Source: Octopus vulgaris (taxonomy: Eukaryota). Taken from it: 64,000 bases of DNA. Below the pieces are notes generated by a model, which searched no databases, was not told the origin of the DNA, and was given only the letters and a program-made list of their open reading frames with translations. The DNA lies in the NCBI GenBank assembly GCA_951406725.2, contig OX597817.1:162130001-162194000 (forward strand). Reading direction: 5' to 3'. The position numbers were made by a program, and so were the translations under genes. This document shows positions 1 to 12,226 of the stretch, piece after piece. How positions within the stretch are numbered: position 1 is the first letter of the stretch; each line of letters opens with the position of its first letter.

Positions 1-488
1 TGTGCATGTGTGTGTGTGTGTGTGTGTCAGTGAATGTGTGTGTTTGTGTTTGTCCCTCCCTCCACCCCGTGCAGCAACTGGTGTTGGTTTGTTTTTGTCC
101 CTGTAACTTAGTGGCAGGGCAAGAGAGACCAGTAGAACAATTACCCAACTTAAAAAAAGAAATCTGTACTAAACCCTACAATGCAGTGCCCCAGCATGGC
201 CACAATCCAATGACTGGAAATAAAACATAAAAGAACATTGATCTCTCTTAGTCTTGCCAAAAGAAGCAGAATCTACTTTGCAGAGGAGTTCTAATAAGGC
301 AGAAACATACCAATTTGGATCGTGATTTCATTGGTGTTATGCCCCTTGCTTGTTCTTTTGAAATTTTTTAATATCTCTTTAGGGAGTTTTAGGCTACTAA
401 TTGTTTAGATAATCCCTATGGATCAACGTCTTTCAATTCATAGCATTACATATGTGAACCCCTTTTCTAACTGAATGCCAGTCTATGT

Positions 489-556
489 CTTAAATCCTTA
501 AATCCTTAAAAATGTTTTAGCCCGAAGGCCGCGGCCATGCTGGGCCACCACCGCTG
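489..556 (-). mobile_element. Isolated CR1-group LINE/SINE 3' tail
   Basis: Minus strand reads GGTGGCCCAGCATGGCCGCGGCCTTCGGGCTAAAAC then (TTTAAGGA)n; same layout as the tails at 46199-46257 and of SINE family A. Confidence 0.55.
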
Positions 557-1208
557 ATATCTGTTTGTATATCTATTTGTATATCTGTTGGCCTGTCTGT
601 CTGTTGGTTATCTGCCTCTGTATGCCTTTCTGCCTTCATTTTCTCTTTCTTCTTCTCTTTTTTTATTTTGTTTGTCTGTCTGTTTGTCTCTCTTCAATCT
701 GTCACATTGAATATCTGTCTGTCTGTTATCTCTGACCGTCTGCCTGTCTTTCTGTCTGTAAGTCTGTTTAGTCTCTTTCATTCTGAGTGTGTGAGTGTGT
801 GTGTGTGTATGAATATATATGAGTGTGTATGAGCATGTGTATTTGTATATGTATGCGTATATGCATGTGCGTTGAGTATGTGTGTGTACTTGCCTGTCTG
901 TGTATGTGTATGTATGAGCATGTGTGTGTTTGTCATACTGTCTCTTAGTCTCTCTCTTTCTCTCTCTGTCTCTCACATTATGTGTGTATGTGTGTGTGTG
1001 TTTGAGGGGATGTACAAGTATATATGTGTATATATGTGTATATGGTATGTATGTTTGTGTATGGCTGTGTGTGTATGTGTGTGTATGTGGGTCTGTCTGT
1101 TTGCCTGTCAGTCTGTGATTGATTTTTTACAAAAGCCTATTTGTTCCATTGTCGATAGAGAGAAAGAGAGAGAGAGAGAGGGGGGGAAGAGACTGTATGT
1201 GGTACACA

Positions 1209-1214
<6 letters not shown>

Positions 1215-1241
<27 letters not shown>

Positions 1242-2065
1242 ACCACCACCTCCACCACCACCACCACCACCACCACTACCACTATTACCACTATTACACA
1301 GCCACCACCGCCACCACCATCATTGCCACCATCTCCACCCACATCACCAGAATCTCACCACCATCAACAACACCACCAATGTGCAGCACCGGCATACTAC
1401 CGCCGCCGCCACCACCACCACCACCACCACCACCACCACCACCACCACCACCACCACCACCATCCAACCCCTTCCCCTCCAACTCCTGTCCCAGCCACTT
1501 CTGCATCAATATTCCTACCTTACCACTCTTTTTGCTTTATGTAGACCTCGTTTCTCTTCTACCCTGATGACTGCATCAGCAACACCACCGCCGTTACCAT
1601 TATTGCGTTGCTACCACTGCCACAGCCTCTACCATTGTACTACTACCACTGCCATCACTACTACTACTTCTACTACTACTACTACTACAAGCATTGTTAT
1701 TACAACCACTACAATTATGCCACCATCACCACTACCATGACCACTACAACAACTTCCGCCACCATCATGCCGCTATCACCACCACCACCACTACTACCAC
1801 CACTATCATCTTCACTTCTACCACCAATGCCACCACTCCCACCATCACCACTACCACTATTCACACCACTTCCACAACCACTACCACTTAAACCACCACC
1901 AATACAACCACCATCACAGTCACTACCATCAGACAACTACCACTACTATAACACCACTACTACTACTACTACCACCAACACTACTACTACTACTACCATC
2001 ATACTAACAACATCACTACTACCACAAAACACCACCACCACCACCACAACTATCATCACTCTATA
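1215..2065. repeat. (CAC)n/(TAC)n trinucleotide low-complexity tract
   Basis: Long pure and degenerate CAC/TAC runs; explains the poly-H/P/T ORFs. Confidence 0.95.
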
Positions 2066-2343
2066 AACTACCAAGTAAAGTTCTATATAGATGCATGATC
2101 TACAAGAAATAGTAGCCTAAACTCACACAAATCATGTTTTTTAAGCTTTAAGACAGAAGGATATGCTCAATAATGTAATCTTTGATATAAAAAAAAAAAA
2201 AACTGATGAGGCTTGGCTGTGTAGATAAGAAGCTTGCTTCGCAGCCACCTAGCTTTCAGTTCAGTCCCACTGTGCAGCATCTTGGATAGTCCAACCAATG
2301 CCCTAGAGTGAATTTGATGGATAGAAACTGTGTGGAAGCCCAT

Positions 2344-2395
<52 letters not shown>

Positions 2396-2403
2396 TATAA
2401 AAA

Positions 2404-2651
2404 TGTTCCTTCCCGAGCCATGCCAGGCTCATAAAGGCCAGTTTCCCGGTTTCAGTGGTGTAGAAATTCCCCACCTGGACGGGACGCTGGTCTGTCGCAG
2501 GATTACTCATTTTTGCCAGCTGAGTGAACTGTAGCAACGTGAAATGAAATATTTTGCTCAAGAACACAACGCATCGCCCGGTGCAGGAATTGAAACCACC
2601 ACCTTACGATCATGAGTTCAACACCCTAACCACTAAGCCACGCACCTCCAC
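2404..2651 (-). mobile_element. tRNA-derived SINE family C (body 2 + tail 2)
   Basis: Minus-strand head GGAGGTGCGTGGCTTAGTGGTTAGGG...GGTTTCAATTCC (A/B boxes), CORE-like TTCTTGAGCAAAA body, tail GAGCCTGGCATGGCTCGGGAAGG. Confidence 0.75.
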
Positions 2652-2652
2652 T

Positions 2653-2689
<37 letters not shown>

Positions 2690-2691
<2 letters not shown>

Positions 2692-3190
2692 TCATCATCA
2701 TCATCATCGTTTAACGTCCGCTTTCCATGCTAGCATGGGTTGGACGGTTCAACTGGGGTCTGGGGAGCCCGAAGGCTTCACCAGGCCAGTCAGATCTGGC
2801 AGTGTTTCTACAGCTGGATGCCCTTCCTAACGCCAACCACTCTGAGAGTGTAGTGGGTGATTTTATGTGCCACCGACACAGGTGCCAGACGAGGCTGGCA
2901 GACGGTCACGCTCGGAAGGTGTTTTTTATGTGCCACCGACACAGGAGCCAGACGAGGCTGGCGAACGGCCACGCTTGGATGGTGTTTTTTTATGTGCCAC
3001 CGACACAGGTGCCAGACGAGGCTGGCGAACGGCCACGATCGGATGGTGTTTGTTACGTGCCCACAGCACGGAGGCCAGTCAATGCGGTACTGGCTACGGC
3101 CACATTCGGATGGTTTTCTTATGTGCCACCGGCACTGGTACCACAAAGATACAAATTCCATTGATGTTCATCTATTTTGATTTGATTTGA
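2690..3190 (-). mobile_element. Non-autonomous RTE-tailed retroelement with ~63-bp internal tandem units
   Basis: Minus strand ends CCAACCCATGCTAGCATGGAAAGCGGACGTTAAAC(GAT)n and carries GGTTGGCGTTAGGAAGGGCATCC; units start at about 2864, 2927, 2991, 3054, 3120; homologous copies at 39110 and 39824. Confidence 0.7.
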
Positions 3191-3194
3191 TTTT

Positions 3195-3243
<49 letters not shown>

Positions 3244-3268
3244 TACATACATACATATATATACATAT

Positions 3269-3356
<88 letters not shown>

Positions 3357-3359
<3 letters not shown>

Positions 3360-3675
3360 TGGCACTCCATCAATTATGACAATGATGGTTCCAATTCGTC
3401 TGATGAATGGAACAGCCTGCTCGTGAAATTAACATGCAAGTGGCTGAGCACTCCACAGACAAGTGTACCCTTAATGTAGTTCTCAGAGCGATTCAGCAAG
3501 TCAGAATATGACAAAGCTGGCTCTTTGAATAACAGGTACCACTCATTTTTGCCTGTAGAGAGGACTAGAGCAATGCGAAATAAATTGACTGGCTCAAGGA
3601 CACATCACCTCGCCAAGAATTGAACTCACGACCTTACGACCGTAAGCCAAATACTCTAACTCCTAAGCCACATGA
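3357..3675 (-). mobile_element. SINE family C (body 2 + tail 1), diverged
   Basis: tRNA-like head at the right end; 3' half aligns with 10060-10240. Confidence 0.7.
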
Positions 3676-3678
3676 CTT

Positions 3679-3729
<51 letters not shown>

Positions 3730-4326
3730 CCACACACATATTTACTATTGATATATAATCATCTTGGTAAGGTGGCAAGCTGGTAGAATTGCCAACAAGA
3801 TGCTTGCAGGATTTTGTCCACTTGTATGTTCTGAGTTCAAATTCCGCCAAGGTCGATTTTACCTTTCCTCCTTCTGGGGTCTATAAAATAAGTACCAGTT
3901 GAGCATTGGGGGTCAATGTAACACTGATGGTGTTGTTGTTTAGTTTTAGGCCAGCACTGATAGTGCAAATCTGTGAAAAAAGCTGTTCCAGCTATGGCCA
4001 TCCTGTCTTTTATCTTTTAATTTTTCCTCCCCCAAAATTGCTGACCTTGGGTCAAAATATGATATCAATATAGATGTATGTATAAATGTATGTATGTATA
4101 TATATGTATGTGCACAGCCATGCGTATGTGTGTGTTTGTCTTTGTATCTGTGTTTGTCTTTCCAACCATATCATTCGACAACTGGTGTTGGTTCATTTAT
4201 GTTTCTGTAGCTTAGTGGTTCGGCAAAAATGACTGATAGAATAAGCACCAGACTTTTAAAATCCCATAAGTACTGGAGTCAGTTATGCTGGATAAAAATC
4301 GTTCAAGGTGGTGCCCAAGCATGGCC

Positions 4327-4408
4327 AAGAAGAAGAAGAAGAAGAAGAAGAAGAAGAAGAAGAAGAAGAAGAAGAAGAAGAAGAAGAAGAAGAAGAAGAA
4401 GAAGAAGA
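4327..4408. repeat. (GAA)n microsatellite
   Basis: Pure GAA run. Confidence 0.95.
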
Positions 4409-4874
4409 ATGATAAGTTATTTACAGTATCTCACTCTTTCTAATCACGGATATCCTGGATCTAATGCTGAGATAAGGCCAAAATAGCAGTGTTGGAATAA
4501 GAGTGGTCTAATGTACAATAATAAACAAAGTCAACTTTTACATAAATGGCTCCAGCCCATGCAACATGTGTACCACAGAAGAACTGAGTTAATCTCATGT
4601 TGCAGACACTAGAACGAATTTGTTTTTAAAATTGGTTCAAGCTGCAAGCTGAGTAAACATCCAAAGTTGAGCAATTAACGAACTGACAAATGAAATAGCA
4701 AACATAGGAATGGTTCAATAAAGCAGCATTAGAAACCAGCCAATGAGAACTACAGACGATGACAAAAGAATGAACCCACTGCAATATATATAAAACTAAC
4801 TCGAATAGTGAAAGAAGATAGTTCTTGCCTGAAGATCGCTACGGTATGAAACTCAAATCATTTGACACACACAC

Positions 4875-4920
<46 letters not shown>

Positions 4921-5499
4921 ACAACCCTTCAGATGTTTGTTCCACTTGCTCAAACTCTCAACGAAGAGGGACTGACCACGTAAAACAAATTTATCATGAG
5001 AGACGCTCTCCAATAAAAACTACGACCAAAATCACTTCCACATCCGGGCGACTCAAACGTGATCCTCTTGATCGCAACGACTGTGTACGAGTTTTGACAT
5101 CGTAGCCCTACACCCGCATGTCATCTACGGTTATGGCACCATTCCTAAAGTTTTCCTCGACATTCAAACAATCCAACGGCTCCTGATAATGAATCGATAA
5201 AGATTTTGTTCATTTGTAAGCAGATGTGATATAAGCTATGTAGCAACACAATTCATTTATCTTTCACTTGTTACTGTCATTGGACCGCAGTCATGCGATG
5301 TCCCATCATAGGACACCGCCTTCAAAGGTTTAGTTGAAATAAGCGACCCCAGTACTGATTTTTAAGTCTAGTTCTTATTCTATCGGTCTCTTTTGCGGAA
5401 CTGCTAAGTTACGAGGATATAAATAAACCAACACCGGTTGTCAAGTGGTATGGGGAAGGGACAAAGACACACATGCATATATATATATATATATATATA

Positions 5500-5869
5500 C
5501 TAGCAGTATCGCCCGGCGTTGCTCGGGTTTGTAAGGGAAATAACTATAAAGCATTTTTAGAGAGTTATAGCCAAAAAATGGAAAAAAATGATGGTAAATT
5601 TTTTTTTTAGTTAAAAAGTTCGAGTTGCGTCCCCTAGACAGTCTGTGGTTTGTGTTTCTGATTCTCGACCCCATGTCGAATTTATCGATTTTTTCAGAAC
5701 TGGGGGAACTTTTCAAAATTTTCGCTGCGTTAGTTTTGAATTATGACATTGGACTATGTGTGTGTCAAGTTTCATCAGAATCGGTTGAAAGCCGTGGTCA
5801 GGGTGAGGGTACAAGCAAACAGACACACAGAAACACGCACAGACAAACTGCCGTTTATATATAGAGAGA
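5500..5869 (-). mobile_element. Non-autonomous Helitron inserted in a family A SINE
   Basis: Minus strand starts A|TCTCTCTATATATAAA and ends with hairpin CCCGAGCAACGCCGGG then CTAG|T; no TSD; SINE A sequence on both sides (about 5260-6025). Confidence 0.8.
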
Positions 5870-6379
5870 TGCAGCTTCCATACATTTTCCATTTACCAAA
5901 TCCGCTTACAAGGCATTGGTCGGCCCAAAAAGCTATAGTTAGAAACACTTGCCTAATGTGCCACGCAGATTAAACCCCAAATCACATAGTTGCAAAGCGA
6001 GCTGCCTAACAGCACAACCATACTTGCTTTGTCAAGTTTCCCTTTGAAATCTTATGGCATGAGCATTAAACAAATACCTACATGTATAGAAAATTTGCTG
6101 ACAATCAGACGACAATTTTCACGGGTCACAACATGCACATTTGCAACGTCATTGTCGTACATTATGCTGGGAAGTCATCAGACTTATGATAATCTTTGGT
6201 TGAGATTCTTTTCGAATTGAAAATCTCGTACAATTCGAGTCATTTGTATACGGTTTAAGCGACAATTTCTCGAAGGCCTTTTTCGCTATAAAGGACGCAG
6301 TCTAATTACTGAAGCCAGTAAAAGAATGAAAGGGTGAATGAATGAATGAATGCGTGTGTGTGTGTGTGTGTGTGTGTGT

Positions 6380-6592
6380 ATAGTTCAAATCTACAGTCAG
6401 CAAAAGACGCAGAAAGGTGAAGGAACAACAAGCTGGGGTAGTAGTTTGATATTCGGGAAGAATAGAAGTCTTTGACTTTTCAAGCCTTCGCTTGAAAAAA
6501 AAATGGAGAGAACGAAAAAGAAACGGAGAGAGAAAAAAATGTGTAGGGATTACACATACATACATACATGCATACATACATACATACATACA

Positions 6593-6624
<32 letters not shown>

Positions 6625-6905
6625 CATACATACATACATACATACATACATACATACATACATACATACATACATACATACATACTTACATATACACACA
6701 CATCTATATACATACATCTATGATTCGCCATGATAGATCGGTAGCCACTACACACATTTATTTCCTTCCTTGTTTCTTTCTGTTCCTTTCTGTGAAAGAG
6801 CGAAGGCTTGAAATGTTAAACACTTTTTCAATTCCCGACCGTTATACTAATACATCTGTTTTGTACACCACCTGTCTTCATCTGTTTTTTTCGTGAATTC
6901 TCCCC
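6380..6905. mobile_element. Inverted pair of Penelope-like terminal fragments separated by (TACA)n
   Basis: 6720-6905 (+) aligns with 55840-56055, the 3' end of the GIY-YIG element; 6380-6550 is a diverged inverted copy; both carry a decayed GAGCGAAGGCTTGAAA hammerhead-like motif. Confidence 0.6.
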
Positions 6906-8065
6906 ATACATACATACATACATACATATATATATATATATACATATATATATGAATAAGTTACAGGTGTTTAAAGCCTCTAAGGGATAGATATATTCAA
7001 AGGCACTCCTGGTAATTAGCTCAGTAGGTATATTCCTTGGTAAAAGGTATACAGCAGCAGGTAATTTACCCTCACCTTTCTTAACTAATTAAATAATGAC
7101 ATCCTAGCGCAAATGACACAATTCATATTGTTATTTTTCCTCCATTTTCCTTTCTAACTAACCTAAAATTCGTATATATATTTATATATATACGAATTTT
7201 AGGTTAGTTACAAAAAATGTTTGACATTTCAGCTTCTAAAGGCAAATTTACTGCAGTTACCAAGGAGCAAAAATTCTCTCTTATGGTAAAATGTGTAAAA
7301 TGTGCTGCCTCCCGTTGGATTCCCAGACACAGCATTTCTAGCTCTTTAGCCGTTATCAATGGGAAATACTGAAGTGAGACAACACTGAGCAGATATAAAT
7401 AAAGCCGTCAGTTATAAGGATTCAGTATATCCTCGGTACATCAACATGTGTCAGTTTAAACGTCATTGGTGTTCTCTCTTTACATATATATATATATGTG
7501 TGTGAGTGTGTGTGTGTGTGAGTGCACGCGTTTGCGCACGCGCATGTATACACAGATATATATAATCATACATAAGTATATATAATCATATATAAGTATA
7601 TATATGAATTTATATACATACACACATACACATATATTCTTTTCTTTTATTCTTTTACTTGTTTCAGTCATTAGACTGCAGCCATGCTAGGGCACCGCCT
7701 TGAGGAAATTTAGTCAAACGAAACGCCCTCAGTACTTATCTTTAAGCCTAGTATCTATTCTATCATCTCTTTAAGTTACGGGGACGTAAACACTCTATCA
7801 CCGGCTGTCGGTGGCGGGATAAAGCAGAGATACAAAGACACACACACACGAACAAATACTCGCGCGCGCTCGCATATGTTTCCTTATTGCCCACAAGGGG
7901 CTAAACATAGAGGGGACAAACAAGGACAGACACAGGGATTAAGTCGATTACATCGACCCCAGTGCGTAACTGGTACTTAATTTATCGACCCCGAAAGGAC
8001 GAAAGGCAAAGTCGACCTCGGCGGAATTTGAACTCAAAACATAAAGACAGACGAAACACCGCTAG

Positions 8066-8109
<44 letters not shown>

Positions 8110-8223
8110 GTATGTATATATATATAAGAAGCCCATATATATATATATGGGCTTCTTTCAGTTTTCGTCTACCAAATCCATCCACAAGGCTTTGGTCGGC
8201 CCAAGGCTATAGTAGAAGTTACT

Positions 8224-8304
<81 letters not shown>

Positions 8305-9109
8305 AACAGAGAAAGAGAGATAGACAGAGACAGACAGTGACAAAGCGAGGCAAAGAGACAGAAAGAAAGAGAGAACAGACAAATCAACAGACATAGATAA
8401 AAATAAAAAGACGTATGTATATGCATCTGCCTGTAATGATACTCTGAAGAACTGCGTAATAAATATAAGAACCTGTAACATGGATGTGTGTGCGTCTATC
8501 TATGTGAGCGTTTATGTATGTGTGCATATGTGTGTGTGTATTTATGCGAGGACGTATACAGAGAGGGGGGAGCGGAGGGAGAAAGAGAGTAAATGTATAT
8601 CGAGCGATAGAGTGAGAGAGAAAAAAGGAGGAAGAGGATGAGAGAGAAAATAAGAGAGAATAAACATTTCAAGTAAGAGGAATGGAGATCAGTTGGGAGT
8701 ATAAAAGTACAATACATGTGTGTGTGTAGAGAGAGAGAGAACGCGAGGGAGGGAAGGAGAGAGAAAGTGACAGAGAGAGAGAGAGAGAGAGGAAGGGGAG
8801 AGGCCTGTGTGATAATGCTTTCTTTATATGGTGATTCGGAGATTTCTTTCTGCTTTATTTTCTCATTTTATAAACTTATATCACGGCTTCGAGTATTTTA
8901 TAATTATTTATAATTATTTGTTGAGCGCTTTCAGAGGGTTTATACAGGCGCTGAGACTTGCTCTGTAGCATTCATGTTTGACTGCACCTCGTCTTCATAT
9001 GCAGAAGTATATATACGCGTGTGTGTATGTGTGTGTGTGTGTATGTATGCGAGCACGCATTCAAATAATATACCTTTTTTGTCAACCAAAGAAGAAGGGA
9101 ATACTTAAT

Positions 9110-9430
9110 AAATTCTCGAGTTTTACGTTCTTCCGATCATCAGTTGAGAACTGTTTTCTTTGTATTTCGGTTGGTTTTATTTATATACCAGTTGACTTTT
9201 TTTAGCGTGTCCGGTTGATGATTTTTTTTATATATAAGCCTTTTTCTGCAAAGCACAGGTCACATACGTTGCTGCCAATTTTATAAGAACCTTGATCTTT
9301 TCATGATCATCCATTTGATGTTATTGTGTGCAGCTTTTTCTTTTAAAGATCAAAAGTAACTGAAGAGCCTTGAATTTCTGAAGGAAAAGGCCTCATTGTA
9401 AAAATATTGAATTTTCTTTGTTATGCCAAT
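9110..9430 (-). pseudogene. Penelope-like (Neptune-type) endonuclease C-terminal remnant with decayed hammerhead
   Basis: Minus translation SLKEK...NIKWMIMK...SYKIGSNVCDLCFAEK matches the W.LK..I.W.I..Y..C.LC..EK pattern; CTGATGATCG...AAACTCGAG downstream at 9112-9150. Confidence 0.6.
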
Positions 9431-9860
9431 ACAACCTTTTTAGAGTAGTACAGTTGCAAGTTCTACAGAGTTATACACACACACACACACACACAAGGTA
9501 AAGGTTGCTAGTGGCTTCGAATTTTCAGCTAGGAAATTTTGTTATTGCTTCCTATATCAAACCAGAATAAATCTATTTACAATACCTTTCTGTCAAAGTT
9601 TTCTGCGGTTAAAATATTTCAGTATTTACGCTAGCCTCCATTTAACTAAATATTCTCCATGCAAAAAACGTCTCTGGGAAATTTCTTCTAGTCACGTTAA
9701 TCATTATTCATTCAGCCAAAATTCTTATGAATCTCACTTACCAAAGGAAATAGCTATAAGATTATGCTTTGCTGATACGAAGTGATAAGACCGAAACATG
9801 TCCGACGCTGCCGCTGTGCTTTCAAAAGACCTATCTTATTACCCAATACTATGTGGAGCT

Positions 9861-10244
9861 GGTGGAGGCGCAATGGCCCATTGGTTAGGGCAGCGGACTC
9901 GCGGTCATAGGATCGCGGTTTCGATTCCCAGACCGGGCGTTGTGAGTGTTTATTGAGCGAAAACACCTAAAAGCTCCACGAGGCTCCGGCAGGGGATGGT
10001 GGTGATCCCTGCTGTACTCTTTCACCACAACTTTCTCTCACTCTTACTTCCTGTTTCTGTTGTACCTGTATTTCAAGGGGCCGGCCTTGTCACTCTGTGT
10101 CACGCTGAATATCCCCGAGAACTACGTTAAGGGTGCATGTGTCTGTGGAGTGCTCAGCCACTTACTCGTTAATTTCACGAGCAGGCTGTTCCGTTGATTC
10201 GGATCAACCGGAACCCTCATCGTCGTAACCGACGGAGTGCTTCC
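9861..10244 (+). mobile_element. Full-length SINE family C (body 1 + tail 1), tRNA-Arg-like head
   Basis: A box TGGCCCATTGG, B box GGTTTCGATTCC; flanking TSD ACTATGTGG(A/G)GCTG. Confidence 0.85.
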
Positions 10245-10319
10245 ACCACTATGTGGGGCTGTAAAGTGAAAATAATCGTTTTTACACCAAGAATTATATT
10301 CCATATAACTTTTATTCAA

Positions 10320-10564
10320 CCCTCTGGCTGTCCAAAGCATTTTCAGAAATTTGTCTTAAACGTCCATATTTATTTTCAGATTTTTAGTTAGTCCTTGTTT
10401 CATACGTTCTGATTAATATAAAGCTTTCTTTTCATAAGTCCCAAGTTACTCTGGTAGTGGAAAAAGAAACAAAAAAAAAAACTGGGAATATGTATCACAT
10501 GATACTTAGACGCGAGATAAATATTTCCTGTGAGTTACATGTGACACACAGGACAGACAAAGGG
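10320..10564. mobile_element. piggyBac-type MITE
   Basis: TIRs CCCTCTGGCTGTCC / GGACAGACAAAGGG (12 of 14 match); flanks TCAA and TTAA. Confidence 0.55.
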
Positions 10565-10905
10565 TTAAGGTATGACTTGTGCGCGTTTTGGCTGCTATTT
10601 TCAGCAGATTTAGCAACTAATGAGTTGTTACGAGTGTTTACTAAACCCTTACATGTCTGATGGTAAAAGCTTTTGGGGTTAAGAAGAATTTTTAAAAAAC
10701 AACTACGACACAATATAAAGATTTGAAACATCTAAAATTATGTAAAAAAAGAGAAAGAAAGAGTAAAATTGTATTTAAAACATAGCAAACCTGTTATATT
10801 TTGAATTACATTTTCATTTAACACATTTCATTTGCTATACATTAGCAAAACATTTTAATGAGAGTAAATATATAGGTGCAGCGCTAGCTGTATGGTAAGA
10901 AGACA

Positions 10906-11138
10906 GGGCGGCGAGCTGGCAGAACCGTTAGCACGCAGGGCGAAATGCGTAGCCGTATTTCGTCTGCCGTTACGTTCTGAGTTCAAATTCCGCCGAGGTC
11001 GACTTTGCCTTTCATCCTTTCGGGGTCGATAAATTAAGTACCAGTTACGCACTGGGGTCGATGTAATCGACTTAATCCGTTTGTCTGTCCTTGTTTGTCC
11101 CCTCTATGTTCAGCTCCTTGTGGTTAATAAAGAAATAG
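10906..11138 (+). mobile_element. Full-length SINE family B inserted in the head of a family A SINE
   Basis: GGCGGCGAGCTGGCAGAA head, GAGTTCAAATTCC B box, GTCGACTTTGCCTTTCATCCTTTCGGGGTCG body; TATGGTAAGAAG duplicated on both sides. Confidence 0.85.
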
Positions 11139-11515
11139 GTTATGGTAAGAAGTTTACTTCTCAATCTCACGGTTCTATGTTCAGTCCTACTGCATGACGC
11201 CTTGAGCAAGAATCTCATACTACAGGATGTTTGGGCTAAATATGACAGTTTGCCTAAAAGGAAAAGAAGATAATAAATCCCATCCACAAATAAAAGGGTT
11301 TTTTTTAAATCAAAAAAATAAGTAGATTATGGCTGGGAGATAAGAGGTTAATCAAAGTAGCCGCCCTCGGCTTCCACCACGGCCTCAAGACGGCTCGAGA
11401 TTCTGGCGCATGCGTTCCTCGCCGTCTCCCTAGGAAGATCTTCTTCGAACATCTCCTTGATTTTGGCTACCCGCTTGGCCTTTGTGCTGCAGACAGAGCG
11501 GTTGGTGTGTTTCTC

Positions 11516-11668
11516 AAATTCCGCCGAGGTCGACTTTACCTTTCATCCTTTCGGGGTCGATAAATAAAGTACCAATTACGCACTGGGGTCGATGTAATCG
11601 ACTTAATCCGTTTGACTGTCCTTGTTTGTCCCCTCTGTGTTTGGCCCCTTGTGGGTAGTAAAGAAATA
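11516..11668 (+). mobile_element. 5'-truncated SINE family B
   Basis: 16-17 bp TSD GGTTGGTGTGTTTCTC(A) at 11500 and 11669. Confidence 0.85.
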
Positions 11669-11944
11669 GGTTGGTGTGTTTCTCAGCCGCATCCCACACA
11701 CAGTAATCCATCTGATTACAATGGGAGGAATTAGACGGATAGAAATTGGAGCTGTTGAAGTCATAGAAATTCTCCGACTAATGCTTCTGACTCCTTCTGC
11801 AGGTATGACTAGGAGCTGAATCTTGCTGCCACATATACAGCCTTCCAGCAGCAACTCTCTCTCTTGCCAGGGTTTCATCACAGTCTCCAGTAGTTTCACA
11901 TAGCCGTCTGAATTGAGTTTGAATTGAGTTTCAGTTCCTATTCA

Positions 11945-12226
11945 AAGACGTAGGGCAGCCTAGTGGTTACAGCAGCAGACTCGCGACCGAGGGATCGCGG
12001 GTTCGAATCTCTGACCGGGCGATGTGTGTGTTTATGAGCGAAACACCTAATCTCCACGCGGCTCCGGCAGAAGGCAATGGCGAACTTCTGCTGACTCTTT
12101 CGCCACAACTTTCTCTCACTCTTTCCTCCTGCATCTTGCAGCTCACCTGCGACGGACCAGGTGGGGAACCTATACGCCAAGGAAACCAGAAAACCGGCCC
12201 TAATGAGCCAGGCATGGCTCGAGAAG
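11945..12226 (+). mobile_element. SINE family C (body 1 + tail 2)
   Basis: Head and body match 9861-10040; tail matches the reverse complement of 2404-2500. Confidence 0.75.

Noticed and set aside
872-2066. Poly-His/Pro/Thr ORFs resembling extensin or mucin
   Set aside because: Open in several frames on both strands simply because CAC/TAC repeats lack stops; no domain or splice evidence
2860-3140. CRISPR-like regularly spaced repeats
   Set aside because: Eukaryotic context, no unique spacers, no cas genes; whole units are repeated
7962-8303. Recurrent peptides MRNWYLIYRPRKDERQSRPRRNLNS and MSSNARGTNTD... suggesting a gene family
   Set aside because: Antisense translations of SINE families B and A
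9861-9940. tRNA-Arg gene (also at 44804 and 60871)
   Set aside because: Continues into a SINE body and is bounded by TSDs; it is a SINE head
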